Assembly: GCF_004010195.1 (NCBI RefSeq)
Contig: NC_057718.1
Span: 103,729,963-103,793,962, forward strand
Reading direction: 5' to 3'
DNA length: 64,000 nucleotides
Source of the DNA: Chiloscyllium plagiosum
Lineage: Eukaryota
Below are positions 1 through 10,984 of the stretch, piece by piece. How positions within the stretch are numbered: position 1 is the stretch's first letter; the number at the start of each line of letters is the position of its first letter. A program made the translations under genes and the position numbers. The notes beneath the pieces were generated by a model. It ran no database searches, was not told where the DNA came from, and saw only the letters and a list, made by a program, of their open reading frames with translations.

Positions 1-374
1 GATGAGCCATTCTTCTCTCACTGGAGGGGAGCGTGAGGTTCTGTAACCCTCAGGGTTATAAGTCATGAACTGGAATTGGGAATTGAACTGCAGAATGCTG
101 AGTTGACCAGTGGTGACACCATGAACTCCAACGCATCTGTCAAACTTTTCCGTTTCCATGAGAGGATTGGAGAGAGGTGGAGAGGGAATCGTGTTGAGGA
201 GGGAGGGAGGGAGTGCAGGGACTAAGTGAAATGGACAAGGAGAAGGGGAGGAGTTGGAGGAATAGGGAATCCGTGCAGCTGAGGCTGAGACTCCAGGGCC
301 AGCTATGATGAATGGCGGTGATTGGGAAACCTACTTCCTGCCTGCTCCCCATCCCTCAACCCCCCTCCCCCTCC

Positions 375-403
375 AACACACAAACACACACACACACACA
401 CAC
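375..403. repeat. (CA)n microsatellite
   Basis: Near-perfect CA dinucleotide run. Confidence 0.9.
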
Positions 404-816
404 AATTCTGAAGATCTTGGGTGCAGTTTTTAGCTTCTGTGAGGATTGGTGCTGAATGGTCCAATTCCAATTGTTTGACTCAATTCTGCCTGGTCCTGAG
501 ACCTGAAATCATGTGATCTGAGGAATGCTAATGGATATGAAGTGGATCATCTTGGATAAGGATTGATAGAGACCATCAATATTGGTAAATGATCTGGGCA
601 CCAGGGAGCCCTCAATTAGAGTCATTACAGTACGGAAACAGACCTTAAGGTCCAATTCCTCCATGCCATCCAGGTTTCCCAAACTAAAAACTGGTCCTAT
701 CTTCCTCCATTTGACCCATATCCCATCAAACCTTGCCGATCAACGTACCTGTCCAAATGCTGAAAATGTGTTGCTGGAAAAGCGCAGCAGGTCATGCAGC
801 GTCCAGGGAACAGGAG

Positions 817-852
817 AATCGACGTTTCGGGCATAAGCCCTTCTTCAGGAAT
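817..852 (-). ncRNA. Minimal hammerhead ribozyme motif (PLE family A)
   Basis: Reverse complement reads AUUC-CUGAAGA-A-GGGC-UUAU-GCCC-GAAAC-GUC-GAUU: intact core, 4-bp stem II, palindromic ACGU in place of stem III. Confidence 0.75.
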
Positions 853-933
853 GAGGAAAGTTTGTCCAGCAGGCTAAGATAAAAGGTAGGGAGGAGGGAC
901 TTGGGGGAGGGGAGTCGAAAATGTGATAGGTGG

Positions 934-1838
934 AGCTGGTCATTCAAAGTTAGTACTTGGTGAAATGAGAATCAAATGCATAACATGGTATATGAATTTC
1001 ATTGTCAGTGTAATGCTAGAAATATCAGCCACATATCCTAAAGGCTGGCAGATCTTATCAAATAGCATGTCCATTTGTTTGTTGGTCATTCAAAGCTGGT
1101 CATTCAAAGTTAGTACTTGGTGAAATGAGAATCAAATGCATAACATGGTATATGAATTTCATTGTCAGTGTAATGCTAGAAATATCAGCCACATATCCTA
1201 AAGGCTGGCAGATCTTATCAAATAGCATGTCCATTTGTTTGTTGGTCATTCAAAGCTGGTCATTCAAAGTTAGTACTTGGTGAAATGAGAATCAAATGCA
1301 TAACATGGTATATGAATTTCATTGTCAGTGTAATGCTAGAAATATCAGCCACATATCCTAAAGGCTGGCAGATCTTATCAAATAGCATGTCCATTTGTTT
1401 GTTGGTCATTCAAAGCTGGTCATTCAAAGTTAGTACTTGGTGAAATGAGAATCAAATGCATAACATGGTATATGAATTTCATTGTCAGTGTAATGCTAGA
1501 AATATCAGCCACATATCCTAAAGGCTGGCAGATCTTATCAAATAGCATGTCCATTTGTTTGTTGGTCATTCAAAGCTGGTCATTCAAAGTTAGTACTTGG
1601 TGAAATGAGAATCAAATGCATAACATGGTATATGAATTTCATTGTCAGTGTAATGCTAGAAATATCAGCCACATATCCTAAAGGCTGGCAGATCTTATCA
1701 AATAGCATGTCCATTTGTTTGTTGGTCATTCAAAGCTGGTCATTCAAAGTTAGTACTTGGTGAAATGAGAATCAAATGCATAACATGGTATATGAATTTC
1801 ATTGTCAGTGTAATGCTAGAAATATCAGCCACATATCC
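934..1838. repeat. Perfect tandem repeat, 160-bp unit, ~5.7 copies
   Basis: 'cattcaaagttagtacttgg' recurs at 941, 1101, 1261, 1421, 1581 and 1741. No differences between copies were seen by eye. Confidence 0.97.
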
Positions 1839-2744
1839 GGCGGCGCCGATACAGTCATCGATGTAGCGGAGGAAAAGGTGGGGGGTGGGGCCAGTGTAGT
1901 TGCGGAAGATGGACCTGTCCAAATGTCTTTTAGATGTTGTACTTGTACCCACAATCACCACTTCCTCTGGCAGTTCATTCCACACACAAACCACCCTTTG
2001 TTTTATAACATCGTCCCTTAGGTGTGTTTTAAATCTTTCCCCTCTCACCTTAAACCTGTGCCCTCTAGTTTTGGACACTTCCACCCTTGGGGAGAAGACC
2101 TTGGCTATTCATCTTAACTATAGCCCTCATAATTTTCTAAACCTTTATAATAGAGTCATAGAGATGTACACCATGGAAACAGACCCTTCAGTCCAACCCG
2201 TCCATTCTGACCAGATATCCCAACCCGATCTAGACCCACTTGCCAGCACCCGGCCCATAACCCTCCAAACCCTTCCTATTCATATACCCATCCAGATGCC
2301 TCTTAGCCTCCTGTGGTCCAGAGGTAAATAGCCCCAGCCTATCCAGCTTCTCTTTCTGACAATGTGCACACTAGTGTTAATACAGATAGAGCAATTTGAT
2401 TGGAAGCCTAATGGTCATCAATTCATCGATGTAGTTCGGGTGAAAGGCCACATAGTGGGAACTTGATTGAAAACGATCAGAGGTCATTACAGATCTTTTC
2501 TTCAGGGGATGATACGCCAAGATGTTAAGTCTTTTTCCTATGGATCTCACAGTGAGGCAAGATTGATGGGGGTTGGAATTGGAGGCAAGGATAGGGGGTG
2601 TGGCTCCCAGAGGCCAATCCCTTGCTCCACCCCCGCATGGGCTCAATTACCCTGTGGGTTGCTCTGGCTTTCCTCAGTCTCCTATCACTTGGCAGGGAAC
2701 TGGGCCAAGGGCAGTTCAAAACCATTCAATGGCCATTATTATAG

Positions 2745-3052
2745 AATCCCTGCAGTGTGGAAGCAAGCCATTTGGCCCATCAGTTCACACTGACCCTCTG
2801 AAGAGCATCCCACATACAGATCCACCCCACCCCCCCATTACCCTAGCCCCGTAAACCTGCATTTCCCATGGCCAATCCACCTAGCCTATACATCTTTAAA
2901 CTGTGGGAGAAAACTGCAGGACCTTGAGGAAACCCAACAGAGACAGGACAGAATGTGCAAACTTCACAAAGACAGTTATCCAAGGGTAGAATTGAACCTG
3001 GGTCCCTGGTGCAGTGAGGCAGCAGTGCTAACCACTGAGCCACCATGCCGCC
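2745..3052 (-). mobile_element. HE1-type V-SINE
   Basis: tRNA-like head (ggcggcatggtggctcagtggttagcactgctgcctcac), central V-domain-like core and HER1-like tail. Confidence 0.88.
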
Positions 3053-3994
3053 CTGTTAATTGACCATTTGAGCACCATAATTGATGAAAAGTCAAGAAGG
3101 TCACCCATAGACTTTCTCTCTCCCCGCACTTAATTGATGAGGTGGTGGGATGGGGTTGAACATCTCTCGGAGTCAATGAGCCCAATTAATTGCACTTCTC
3201 ATTTCTTCCTCCCCACCTCCATTGAGGGCCGTAGAGGATCTATTTGAAATAGCATTTTACCTTGTTCAATGAATGAACACAGAGTTCTAATGTTACTTTT
3301 GAGTTCAGCTTTGGCAATGTGATGTCAATGTTCCTTGCAATGTTGTGTTGCATAAATATTAAAGCAAGGAGGTAGCTCAGAGAGATTGAGAAGGAAAGCC
3401 CCATCATTGGAGTGTTAAAAGGACTCAACTCCCTTCTTTGGACAGGGCAGGACTGGGCTGCAGTCCACAAACTCTCAGGACGTTTACTGTGTTCTCAGAC
3501 CGTGTTTGAGATTCATGCAGGAAGAGAAACAAAGCGATCCCCTCCACTGCACTCCACTCACCACACTCAGTTTCTCTCTTTGATGTCCTGCATTTCCTCT
3601 CAAATTTCCTAATGGACATTTCAAGTTTCCTGACTGAATGATGTGAATTCCAGGTTTACATGCAGTCATTCCACTGCTCACAAAAAAATGCCTTTGTTGT
3701 TGGTTTAATGTTTTCCTCCAATTTTATCCCTTTTTAATGTCTCCTTTCATGAAAGTGCAGATTGTTGCAAAGTCTTAAGGTCACAATCCCAACTGCTCTG
3801 TGGTGGCGGATATCTCTCTGTTAGCATCAATACTGTAGACTTGTCGGTCATTGTGGATGATAGAGTGAGTCACTCCCTCAGTTCAATCTGATCCTCCTCA
3901 CAAACACATGTTATTCCAATCGGGATCTTGGACTGTAACCAAGAGCAGGAACATTGGCTGAAGTTTCCTTTCCTGGTTAGGAAGTGAAAGGTGG

Positions 3995-4320
3995 GAAGTG
4001 GATGCTTCCTCTTGGAGATCCCAGTACAAGGGGGCAGAGTTTAAACACAAAGTGTTTAAGATGGAGCTGAGGAATTTCTTCTCTCAGACATTTGTGAGTC
4101 TGTGGAATTCTCTTTCCCAGAAGGCTGTGGATGCTGGGTCCGTGAATATACTCAAGGGCTGAGTTTGACAGTGTTTTGATTGACTAAGGAGTCAAGGGCT
4201 ATGGCGAAAAGGCAGCAAAGTTGAGTTAAGGATGATCAGATCAACCATGATCTCATTTAATGGGGTAGCAGGCTTGATGGGCTGAATGGCTTTGTCCTAC
4301 TCCTATTACTCACAATTCCA
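3995..4320 (+). mobile_element. CR1 LINE 3' end, old
   Basis: 'aggaatttcttctctcag...ctgtggaattctctttcccagaaggctgtgga' followed by the typical 3' UTR 'gatgggctgaatggc...tcctactcctatt'. Confidence 0.8.
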
Positions 4321-4562
4321 TGAAGCACACATAAACCCAAATAGTGCCTCATCTGAGACTGATTCACTATTGGCAGCAGGCTATCAACATAGCCTAAAGC
4401 TGCAACAGGAGAACATTCCCTTCTGAGGAGCTTTATTCCTCATTTTGTATCTTTAGGAATCTGTGACTGAATATCTCGGATAATGTAATGGTCAAATAGA
4501 CACTAAGACTTGGCAATTTAATTACTCCTTCTCTTAATTCCATCTTAACTTCCTGAATATGT

Positions 4563-4700
4563 ATGCAGGGAGCCCTCACTTAAAGTTGTCACAATGTTCC
4601 TGAAAATCACAACTTTAAGCGAAACAACTTTAAGTGAAGCATTGATTCCCATTGAGATCAATGCTAAAATTAGAGATAGGTTCCCTAGGGCATGTTGTGT
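4563..4700. mobile_element. Tigger/pogo-like DNA transposon end (degenerate)
   Basis: 'cagggagccctcacttaaagttgt' with internal inverted copies 'acaactttaagcg/acaactttaagtg' and 'cccattgagatcaatg'. Family call is by recall. Confidence 0.45.
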
Positions 4701-6705
4701 AACCTGTAAGCACCCAGCTCCTCTTGGCAGGTGAGAGGGATATTCCCAACACTGGGTCTCTGACAGTGGAATGGCTATCAAACTCCCCTCTTCACTCCAG
4801 ATCAAATTCAGCACCTCCCCGGCATTATTTTACCATCTGTGAGCCATGATTGACTGCTGGAACCCACCTTTACAAATTCCATTCTGGTTGTAGACCCCAG
4901 CTCAAGAAGAGACAGATTTGGATAGGGGAGATGGGGTGGAGGAAATACTAATGCCCAACACCCAGCAGGAAGGAAGAGGAGGGGGTAGTCAGCAAGGTCC
5001 CACAGCTGGCTGGAAAGAGTAACTCCATTGCACCCGAGTGAATCCAACAGGCAGTGGTGGCCATCAAGCGGGGGGGGGGTGAGAGGGGCGTCTTCGGGGT
5101 CTCACGAACTGATCAGTCAGCAGCTACATCGTGATCAGGGACACACAAGAGAGTTGGACCAGACCTTGGGCAGATTATGTGGGACAGAGAGAGGTCACAG
5201 GTTGGACGGCGTGGCCCTGGAGTCTGGTGGTGGAGATTGGGGTGTGGGGTGGCAGGCTCAATCAGAGAGTGGGCGCTTTCTTGTGAAAATGGCACCAAAC
5301 TATTCTGGTCCTGTAAAATGGTATTAACACAGATTAGATCTTGCAACACTCAGTGAATATGAAAGACTCCAATATCAATGTTGAAGTGAGACAACAGTAA
5401 ACAGGATAACATTGAACAGCGACTTCCTCTAATAGACATGTAGGTAATGTACGGTTTTTCTAGAAAAGAGCTGAGCGCACATGCCAAGAGTATGTGGCAG
5501 AACGAATTTTAACCTTGTTTGACTTGCTGCCAAATGAAATCCTCAGTTTCACTTGTTTTAGCAGAACACTGAAACTGTAGCCAATTTAAATACCACAGAA
5601 GAAATAAAAGAAATAAAATAATTTCTGTAATATACCGGTGGAATAGGATCCAAATTAATTTCTATTCCAAGGTGAAATATTATTTTAAGTCATGCACAGC
5701 AATAACAACGTCCACATGTCAGTGTAACCAAGATTTTTAAAAGAGTTTATCTACACTTTTAGGTTCAACTCCCAAAGTTTGGGAACTATTTTGTGGACAT
5801 ACACCTCCACAATCACAGGCAAAGTTATCAGAAGGATTTTGTGTTCACTTGTTTGTGTGAATTTTCAGGACATGGGGAAAGTAATTTCACTTGCTGCTAG
5901 AATTCTTCAACATTATTAATGATTTACCGCCTTCTTTAGCAGCAGCTTTGCCTGCTTTCCACAGTCGCAATGTCTTTTCCCGAACCCAGGAGCCATGAAC
6001 TGAACTGAGACGGACTTTGGCTGAATTCTTTTTCTTATCTATGGTTTCTGTTACTAATACAGTCACTGTGGTATGGCAACTTAAACACTTTTCATTGTGC
6101 TTGTTTTGTAAAAAATACAAGTGACAATAAATGACTATCTATTCAAAGGCAGGCCTGTTGAAACAGTAGCTATTACTTACAATTGTATCAAAGGCAGGAA
6201 ATATGCTGTCTCAGTAATTTGAGGTTGATTTCAAATTGTTTGAGGATCCCCCCCCACCCCAACACCCCTGAGATTTCAGTGGGGGCTCTAAATTCGGTAA
6301 ATGAGTGTAAAGACATGTCATTCATACAATTACCATGCGATTAAAACATGAATGGATTGTGGTGGATCAAATTGGAATCGTGTCCAAGGCCCTAATAATA
6401 CATTATGCATTGGATCATCATTAAATGTAAAGCTAATGTGTCCAAAAGGACTGAACTGCAAATTAAATGTGATACCACGGAATTAACTAAGAAAATATGC
6501 AATCCTTGTACTAATCTCAAACAAGAGCCTCTAAGATTAATAGAGGCAAGGTCTGAATTACTTAAAATTCACAACTGAATCATAGGATTGTGAAATAGAC
6601 AAATTAAAGCTCCCATAAGTGGAATGTAAGATTTATGTGGAATGTGGCAATATTGTGTTTGTTTTTGTTAGTGACAGTCAAATCAAAATGTTCTTGAAAT
6701 ATATT

Positions 6706-6901
6706 TATAGGGGGGTCCCTGATTTACAAATGCCCAATTTAGGAATGCGAATACGTGATCCAATATGGGGTGTAAATTTAAAGATGCGATCTGAGAATGT
6801 TTCCTGTACTTACATTGTCGGCATTGAGTTTCAACTTGGGTACAAATTGACTTGCAAACAGACTCCACAATGGAATCTATTCACAGCTGGGACAGCCTGT
6901 A
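6706..6901. mobile_element. Tigger-like MITE (degenerate)
   Basis: TA-flanked ends 'tagggggtccctgattt...' and '...gctgggacagcctgta' resemble Tigger-type CAGG...CCTG terminal inverted repeats. Confidence 0.5.
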
Positions 6902-7004
6902 CCAACACTATATCACATAAGTATGGGTTAATCTTCATTAAATTTGAAAAACAGAATAGCCACAGAGTCTGCTGAGTTGATAAGACTTTATGTATCTCAC
7001 TTAT

Positions 7005-7276
7005 TCCCTACAGTGTGGAAACAGGCCCTTTGGCCCAACAAGTCCACACTGACCCTCCGAAGAGTAACCACCTAACACTATGGGCAATTTAGAGTGGCCA
7101 ATTCACCTGACCTGCACATCTTTGGACTGTGGGAGGAAACCGGAGCACCCAGAGGAAACCCACGCAGACACAGAGAGAATGTGCAAACTCCACACAGACA
7201 GTCACCCGAGGCCAGAAACGAACCTGGGTCCCTGGTACTGTGAGGCAGCAGTGCTAACCACTGAGCCACCGTTCCC
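7005..7276 (-). mobile_element. HE1-type V-SINE (internal deletion)
   Basis: Same head, core and tail as the other HE1 copies. Confidence 0.9.
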
Positions 7277-7734
7277 ATTGAACACTTTGTAGTAATTCTG
7301 TTAAACCAAAATCAGGGAGGCTCTGTGTTTGGAATGGGGAAATGGGATTGAAAAGGGGCAGAAGAGTGGCCCAGAGAAGCACCATTCTCAAATCCAGTTT
7401 TAGTGATACCACTGAGACAATCCTGGGAGAGTCAGTCTTCAGAGTACCATGGGGCATCAGCAATGCTACACAGAATTGTGGCCATACTGAAGGAGTGCAA
7501 AACAGAAAGGGATGGTAAAAAAATTAAAGAGATCTTTCAGAAATTATTATCATAACCTTTAACACACACATTCATTGAAACAGCCATTGGCAAAACAAAT
7601 GACATATTGGCCGAAGTGTCTATTATATCAATCCTCATCCTTCCTGTCCTCAATAGACAGAACACTGAGTAAATGATCATCCAGATCTGTTTGCTAACTG
7701 ATTTAATACCCCGAACTGTTTCTGAGTTTAGAGC

Positions 7735-7910
7735 ATTGTTGGCTAAGCCAGTATTTACTGTTTTCTCTGGTTGCCTTATGTGAAGATGATGGGGAGCACT
7801 ACCTGATTGCTGCAGTCTTGTTAGGGAGGAAGCTCATGATTTTGACCCACTGACAGTGAAGGGACATCAAATGGATTTCCAAGTTAGGATGGTGTGTGAC
7901 TTGGAAGTGT
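7735..7910 (-). mobile_element. Old non-LTR LINE 3' fragment (same family as 29230-29680)
   Basis: Shared motif 'gattttgacccactgacagtgaagg...tttccaagttaggatggtgtgtgacttgg'. Confidence 0.55.
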
Positions 7911-7924
7911 AAATACAGATGAAC

Positions 7925-8248
7925 AAAGAAGAAAGAGAAGTACAGCACATGAACAGGCCGTTCAGTGTTCCAAGCCTGTGCCGATCATCATGCCCTAACT
8001 AAACTAAAAAACAAACCTTCTGCCCTTATTCGGTCCATATCCCTCTATTCCCCCCCTATTCATGTAACCATCCAGATGCCTCTTAAATGTCACCAATGTA
8101 CCTGCTTCCACCCTCTCATCTGGCAGTACGTTCCAGGCTCGTACCAGTCTCTGTGTGAAAAACGTCCCTCTTACAGATCCCTTTAACTTTTCCCCCTCTC
8201 ACCTTGAACCTGTGACCCCCTTGTAATTGAAACTTCAACCCTGGGAGA
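7925..8248 (-). mobile_element. CR1 LINE 3' end
   Basis: Antisense CR1 ORF2 end and 3' UTR ('ccctctcaccttgaacctgtgaccc'). Confidence 0.8.
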
Positions 8249-8632
8249 AATGAAGTTGTTGTGACATACATGGAGCCTTTTTTTTTCCCAAATGGTTGAG
8301 ATGATGGGGTTCAGAAGCCTTGGAGACATCCTATAGTGAATCTTGTAGGTATACACATGCGATGTTGATCCTTTGCACCTTGTGATTTTTATACAACCTG
8401 CTACCTTCATTAAGCTTTTGCACATTGCTTTTTCCAAATAATTCTCCTTTGCACTTTGTTGAATCAAATACTTTTTTTAATATGTCCTGGAGAAAGAGTT
8501 GTTAGAGTATCTTGGGTCTTGGACATCAGATCCCTCAAACCACCACCAAAATACAAACTGAACCAATCACACTGTCTGGATACAACTGTAAAGCTTGTGT
8601 TAGGATGCAGCTTGACCCCAGTTATCATGGAG

Positions 8633-9141
8633 GCAAAAGTGAGGACTGCAGATGCTGGAGATTAGAACCAAGGGTGTGGTGCTGGAAAAGCACAGCTGGT
8701 CAGGCAGCATCTGAGGAGAAGGAAAATTGACTTTTCAGGCAAAAGCCCGTGGGCGGCACGGCGGCACAGTGGTTAGCACTGCTGCCTCACAGCGCCGGAG
8801 ACCCGGGTTCAATTCCCGCCTCAGGCGACTGACTGTGTGGAGTTTGCACGTTCTCCCCATGTCTGTGTGGGTTTCCTCCGGGTGCTCCGGTTTCCTCCCA
8901 CAGTCCAAAGATATGCAGGTCAGGTGAATTGGCCATGCTAAATTGCCCGTAGTGTTAGGTAAGGGGTAAATGTAGGGGTATGGGTGGGTTGCGCTTCGGC
9001 GGGTCGGTGTGGACTTGTTGGGCCAAAGGGCCTGTTTCCACACTGTAATGTAATGTAATCTAATCAGGAATGATCCCTTCCTGATGAAGGATTTTTGCCC
9101 GAAGCTTCGATTTTCCTGCTCCAGCAGCACCACACTCTTGG
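8633..9141. mobile_element. Inverted pair of PLE family-A terminal repeats with 17-bp TSD, interrupted by an HE1 SINE
   Basis: TSD ccccagtta(t/c)catggag at 8616-8632 and 9142-9158. Minus copy at 8633-8748, plus copy at ~9077-9141. Confidence 0.8.
8750..9064 (+). mobile_element. HE1-type V-SINE, full length, young
   Basis: Pol III A-box-like 'ggcacagtgg' and B box 'gggttcaattccc', CpGs retained, (taatg/taatc)n tail. Confidence 0.93.
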
Positions 9142-9284
9142 CCCCAGTTACCATGGAGATTATCACAACAAATCTTGCTGGCATTAGTTTCTGACTTTGT
9201 TTGGTATTAAACACCTGAAATATGATAACTGAGTTTGAAAGAAGTAGCTACTAAATCAAATATATGTCATTTTCATACATCAGG

Positions 9285-9595
9285 GGAAGTGATGGCTAGT
9301 GGGGTAGTATCACTGGACCATTAATTCAGAGACCTGGTCATAATCCAGGGACCCAGGTTCAAATCCCATCACGGCAGATGGTGGAATTTGAATTCTATAA
9401 GTACCTGGAATTAGGAATCTAATGCTGGCTATGAATCCATCTGGTTTATTAACATCCCTTAGGGAAGGAAACTGCCATCCTTACCCAGTCTGGCCAACAT
9501 GTGACTTCAGGTCAACAGCAATATGGTTGACTCTCTGGGCAATTAGGGATGGACAATAAATGCTGACTTTGCCAGCAATGTTCTCATCCTGTGTA
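9285..9595 (+). mobile_element. Deu-domain SINE (SacSINE1-like)
   Basis: B box 'ggttcaaatccc', core 'cccttagggaaggaaactgccatccttacccagtctggcc', tail 'gggcaattagggatggacaataaatgctg'. Confidence 0.7.
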
Positions 9596-10684
9596 GGAGT
9601 CTGGTTTATAATCAGCTACTTTACTGATCTTTAAGCAGGTCGAATCACTGCCAGAGCCCTGGTTCTGGACATTGGACTTATTCATGGGGATGTGAAATGA
9701 ATAGGCAGTGTTTAAGGGTAAAAGAACATCTGCATTTATTTAAGGTACAAAAGGTAATTATGATACAAGAAAATAGGTAATGCACCAAATCAAGGAAATT
9801 AACACCATTAACATACACAGGAACAGTAGAACTGTAAATGTACAGTTAACTAGATAAACACTATTAGACATTATCCTACTGACACACAGAAAAAACAACA
9901 GTGTGTTTACTGTCAGATCTTTGATCAGAATTCCTACCCGAAGTCCCAGTGCACTGTCTTCCCTTCCCTGTTAGCCAGGTCAGAACACTGGGGCCTCGGG
10001 AGTTTATGCTCACCATTCAGAACGTGGTTTTGAAGTGTGCCTGGCTGTTCTGACTTGCCATACCGGGAGCCTGGATGAAGAATTTGGACTGCGTAGGTTT
10101 TTCAGTTTGGGTTGAGCCTGCTGACACGGTAAGGTCTTGTGGCTGGTTTGGTATGGCCTCCACAATGTCACGTCACCGTGGGGTCAGGTCTTTATCCCAC
10201 ACTGGTCGGGCTCTAGGTTCTGGGTTTCCACAAGGGCCGGGCCTGCGAGAGGCTGGAAGGCCTCTGATCCCTCTGGATATGTTGTTCCAGCATTGGCAAG
10301 GTTGGTGGGTGTGTCCGATGGGGCCCTGGGCACTAGCTGTATTCATGATCGCTCCAGGGGTCTTGCAGCTGGCCTGTCAGACCTCCATGATGTCAGGTCA
10401 CTGTGAGGTCAGCTCCCATTCTCATGCTGGTCCACCCTCGGAAATTGGGCCTCATTTTTGGAGAATCTTTAAACCTAAAAGTTGATTTAAGACAACATTG
10501 TTGGTAATTCTGATAGACTTAGAATGGAGGTTTAGAAGAGGTGAATGATTATAAGATATGTTAGAACAAGATCTGCTGTAGACAGACCACAAAGAGTCTC
10601 CATCTTGATTGGTCTGAATATATTTGCTGGGGGTTTGGTCTGGTACATAACATGTGGTCCAATTGAATGGCAAATCATACTCAA

Positions 10685-10984
10685 TAGAATCATAGAATCC
10701 TGACAGTGTGGAAGCAGGCCATTCAGCCCATAGAATTCACATCAAACCTCTGGAGAGCATTCAGACTCACACTCCCCTATCCTGTTCCTATTACCCTACA
10801 TTTCCCATGGCTAATCCACTTAACCTGCACATCTTTGGTCTGTGGGAGGAAAGCGGGAGGAACCCACACAGCTATGGGGAGAATGTGCAAACTCCACACA
10901 GACAGTCGCTCGAGGGTGGAGTCGAATCCGGGTCCCTAGGGCTGTGAAGCAGCAGCGCTAACCACTGAGCCATCATGCCAGCCC
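10685..10984 (-). mobile_element. HE1-type V-SINE
   Basis: HE1 head, core and tail in antisense. Confidence 0.88.

Larger units (their letters stand above)
760..1912 (-). mobile_element. 5'-truncated Penelope-like element with 13-bp TSD
   Basis: TSD acctgtccaaatg at 747-759 and 1913-1925. 1839-1910 encodes IFRNYTGPTPHLFLRYIDDCIGAA (RT YxDD motif, near-identical to the 36.7-kb copy). 760-933 matches the terminal repeat at 51400-51585 in reverse. Confidence 0.9.
615..2345 (-). mobile_element. CR1/HER1-type LINE 3' fragments, interrupted by a PLE at 760-1912
   Basis: Minus-strand translation 'TRGHRFKVRGERFK...QRVVCVWNELPEEVV' is the CR1 ORF2 C-terminus, followed by a HER1-like 3' UTR. A second 3'-UTR piece lies at ~2150-2305. 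Confidence 0.85.

Noticed and set aside
934..1838. CRISPR-like array
   Set aside because: Units are identical along their full length with no variable spacers, no cas genes are present, and the context is a vertebrate genome.
1740..2084. 114-aa ORF as a real chimeric protein
   Set aside because: Accidental read-through of CR1 C-terminus, PLE RT fragment and tandem-repeat sequence across insertion junctions.
8750..8825. tRNA gene
   Set aside because: The A/B boxes belong to the HE1 SINE head, and the sequence continues into the SINE core. The same applies to the other SINE heads.
10075..10485. 136-aa ORF
   Set aside because: No motif recognised. The region looks like a decayed repeat, possibly LTR-derived, which I could not classify.
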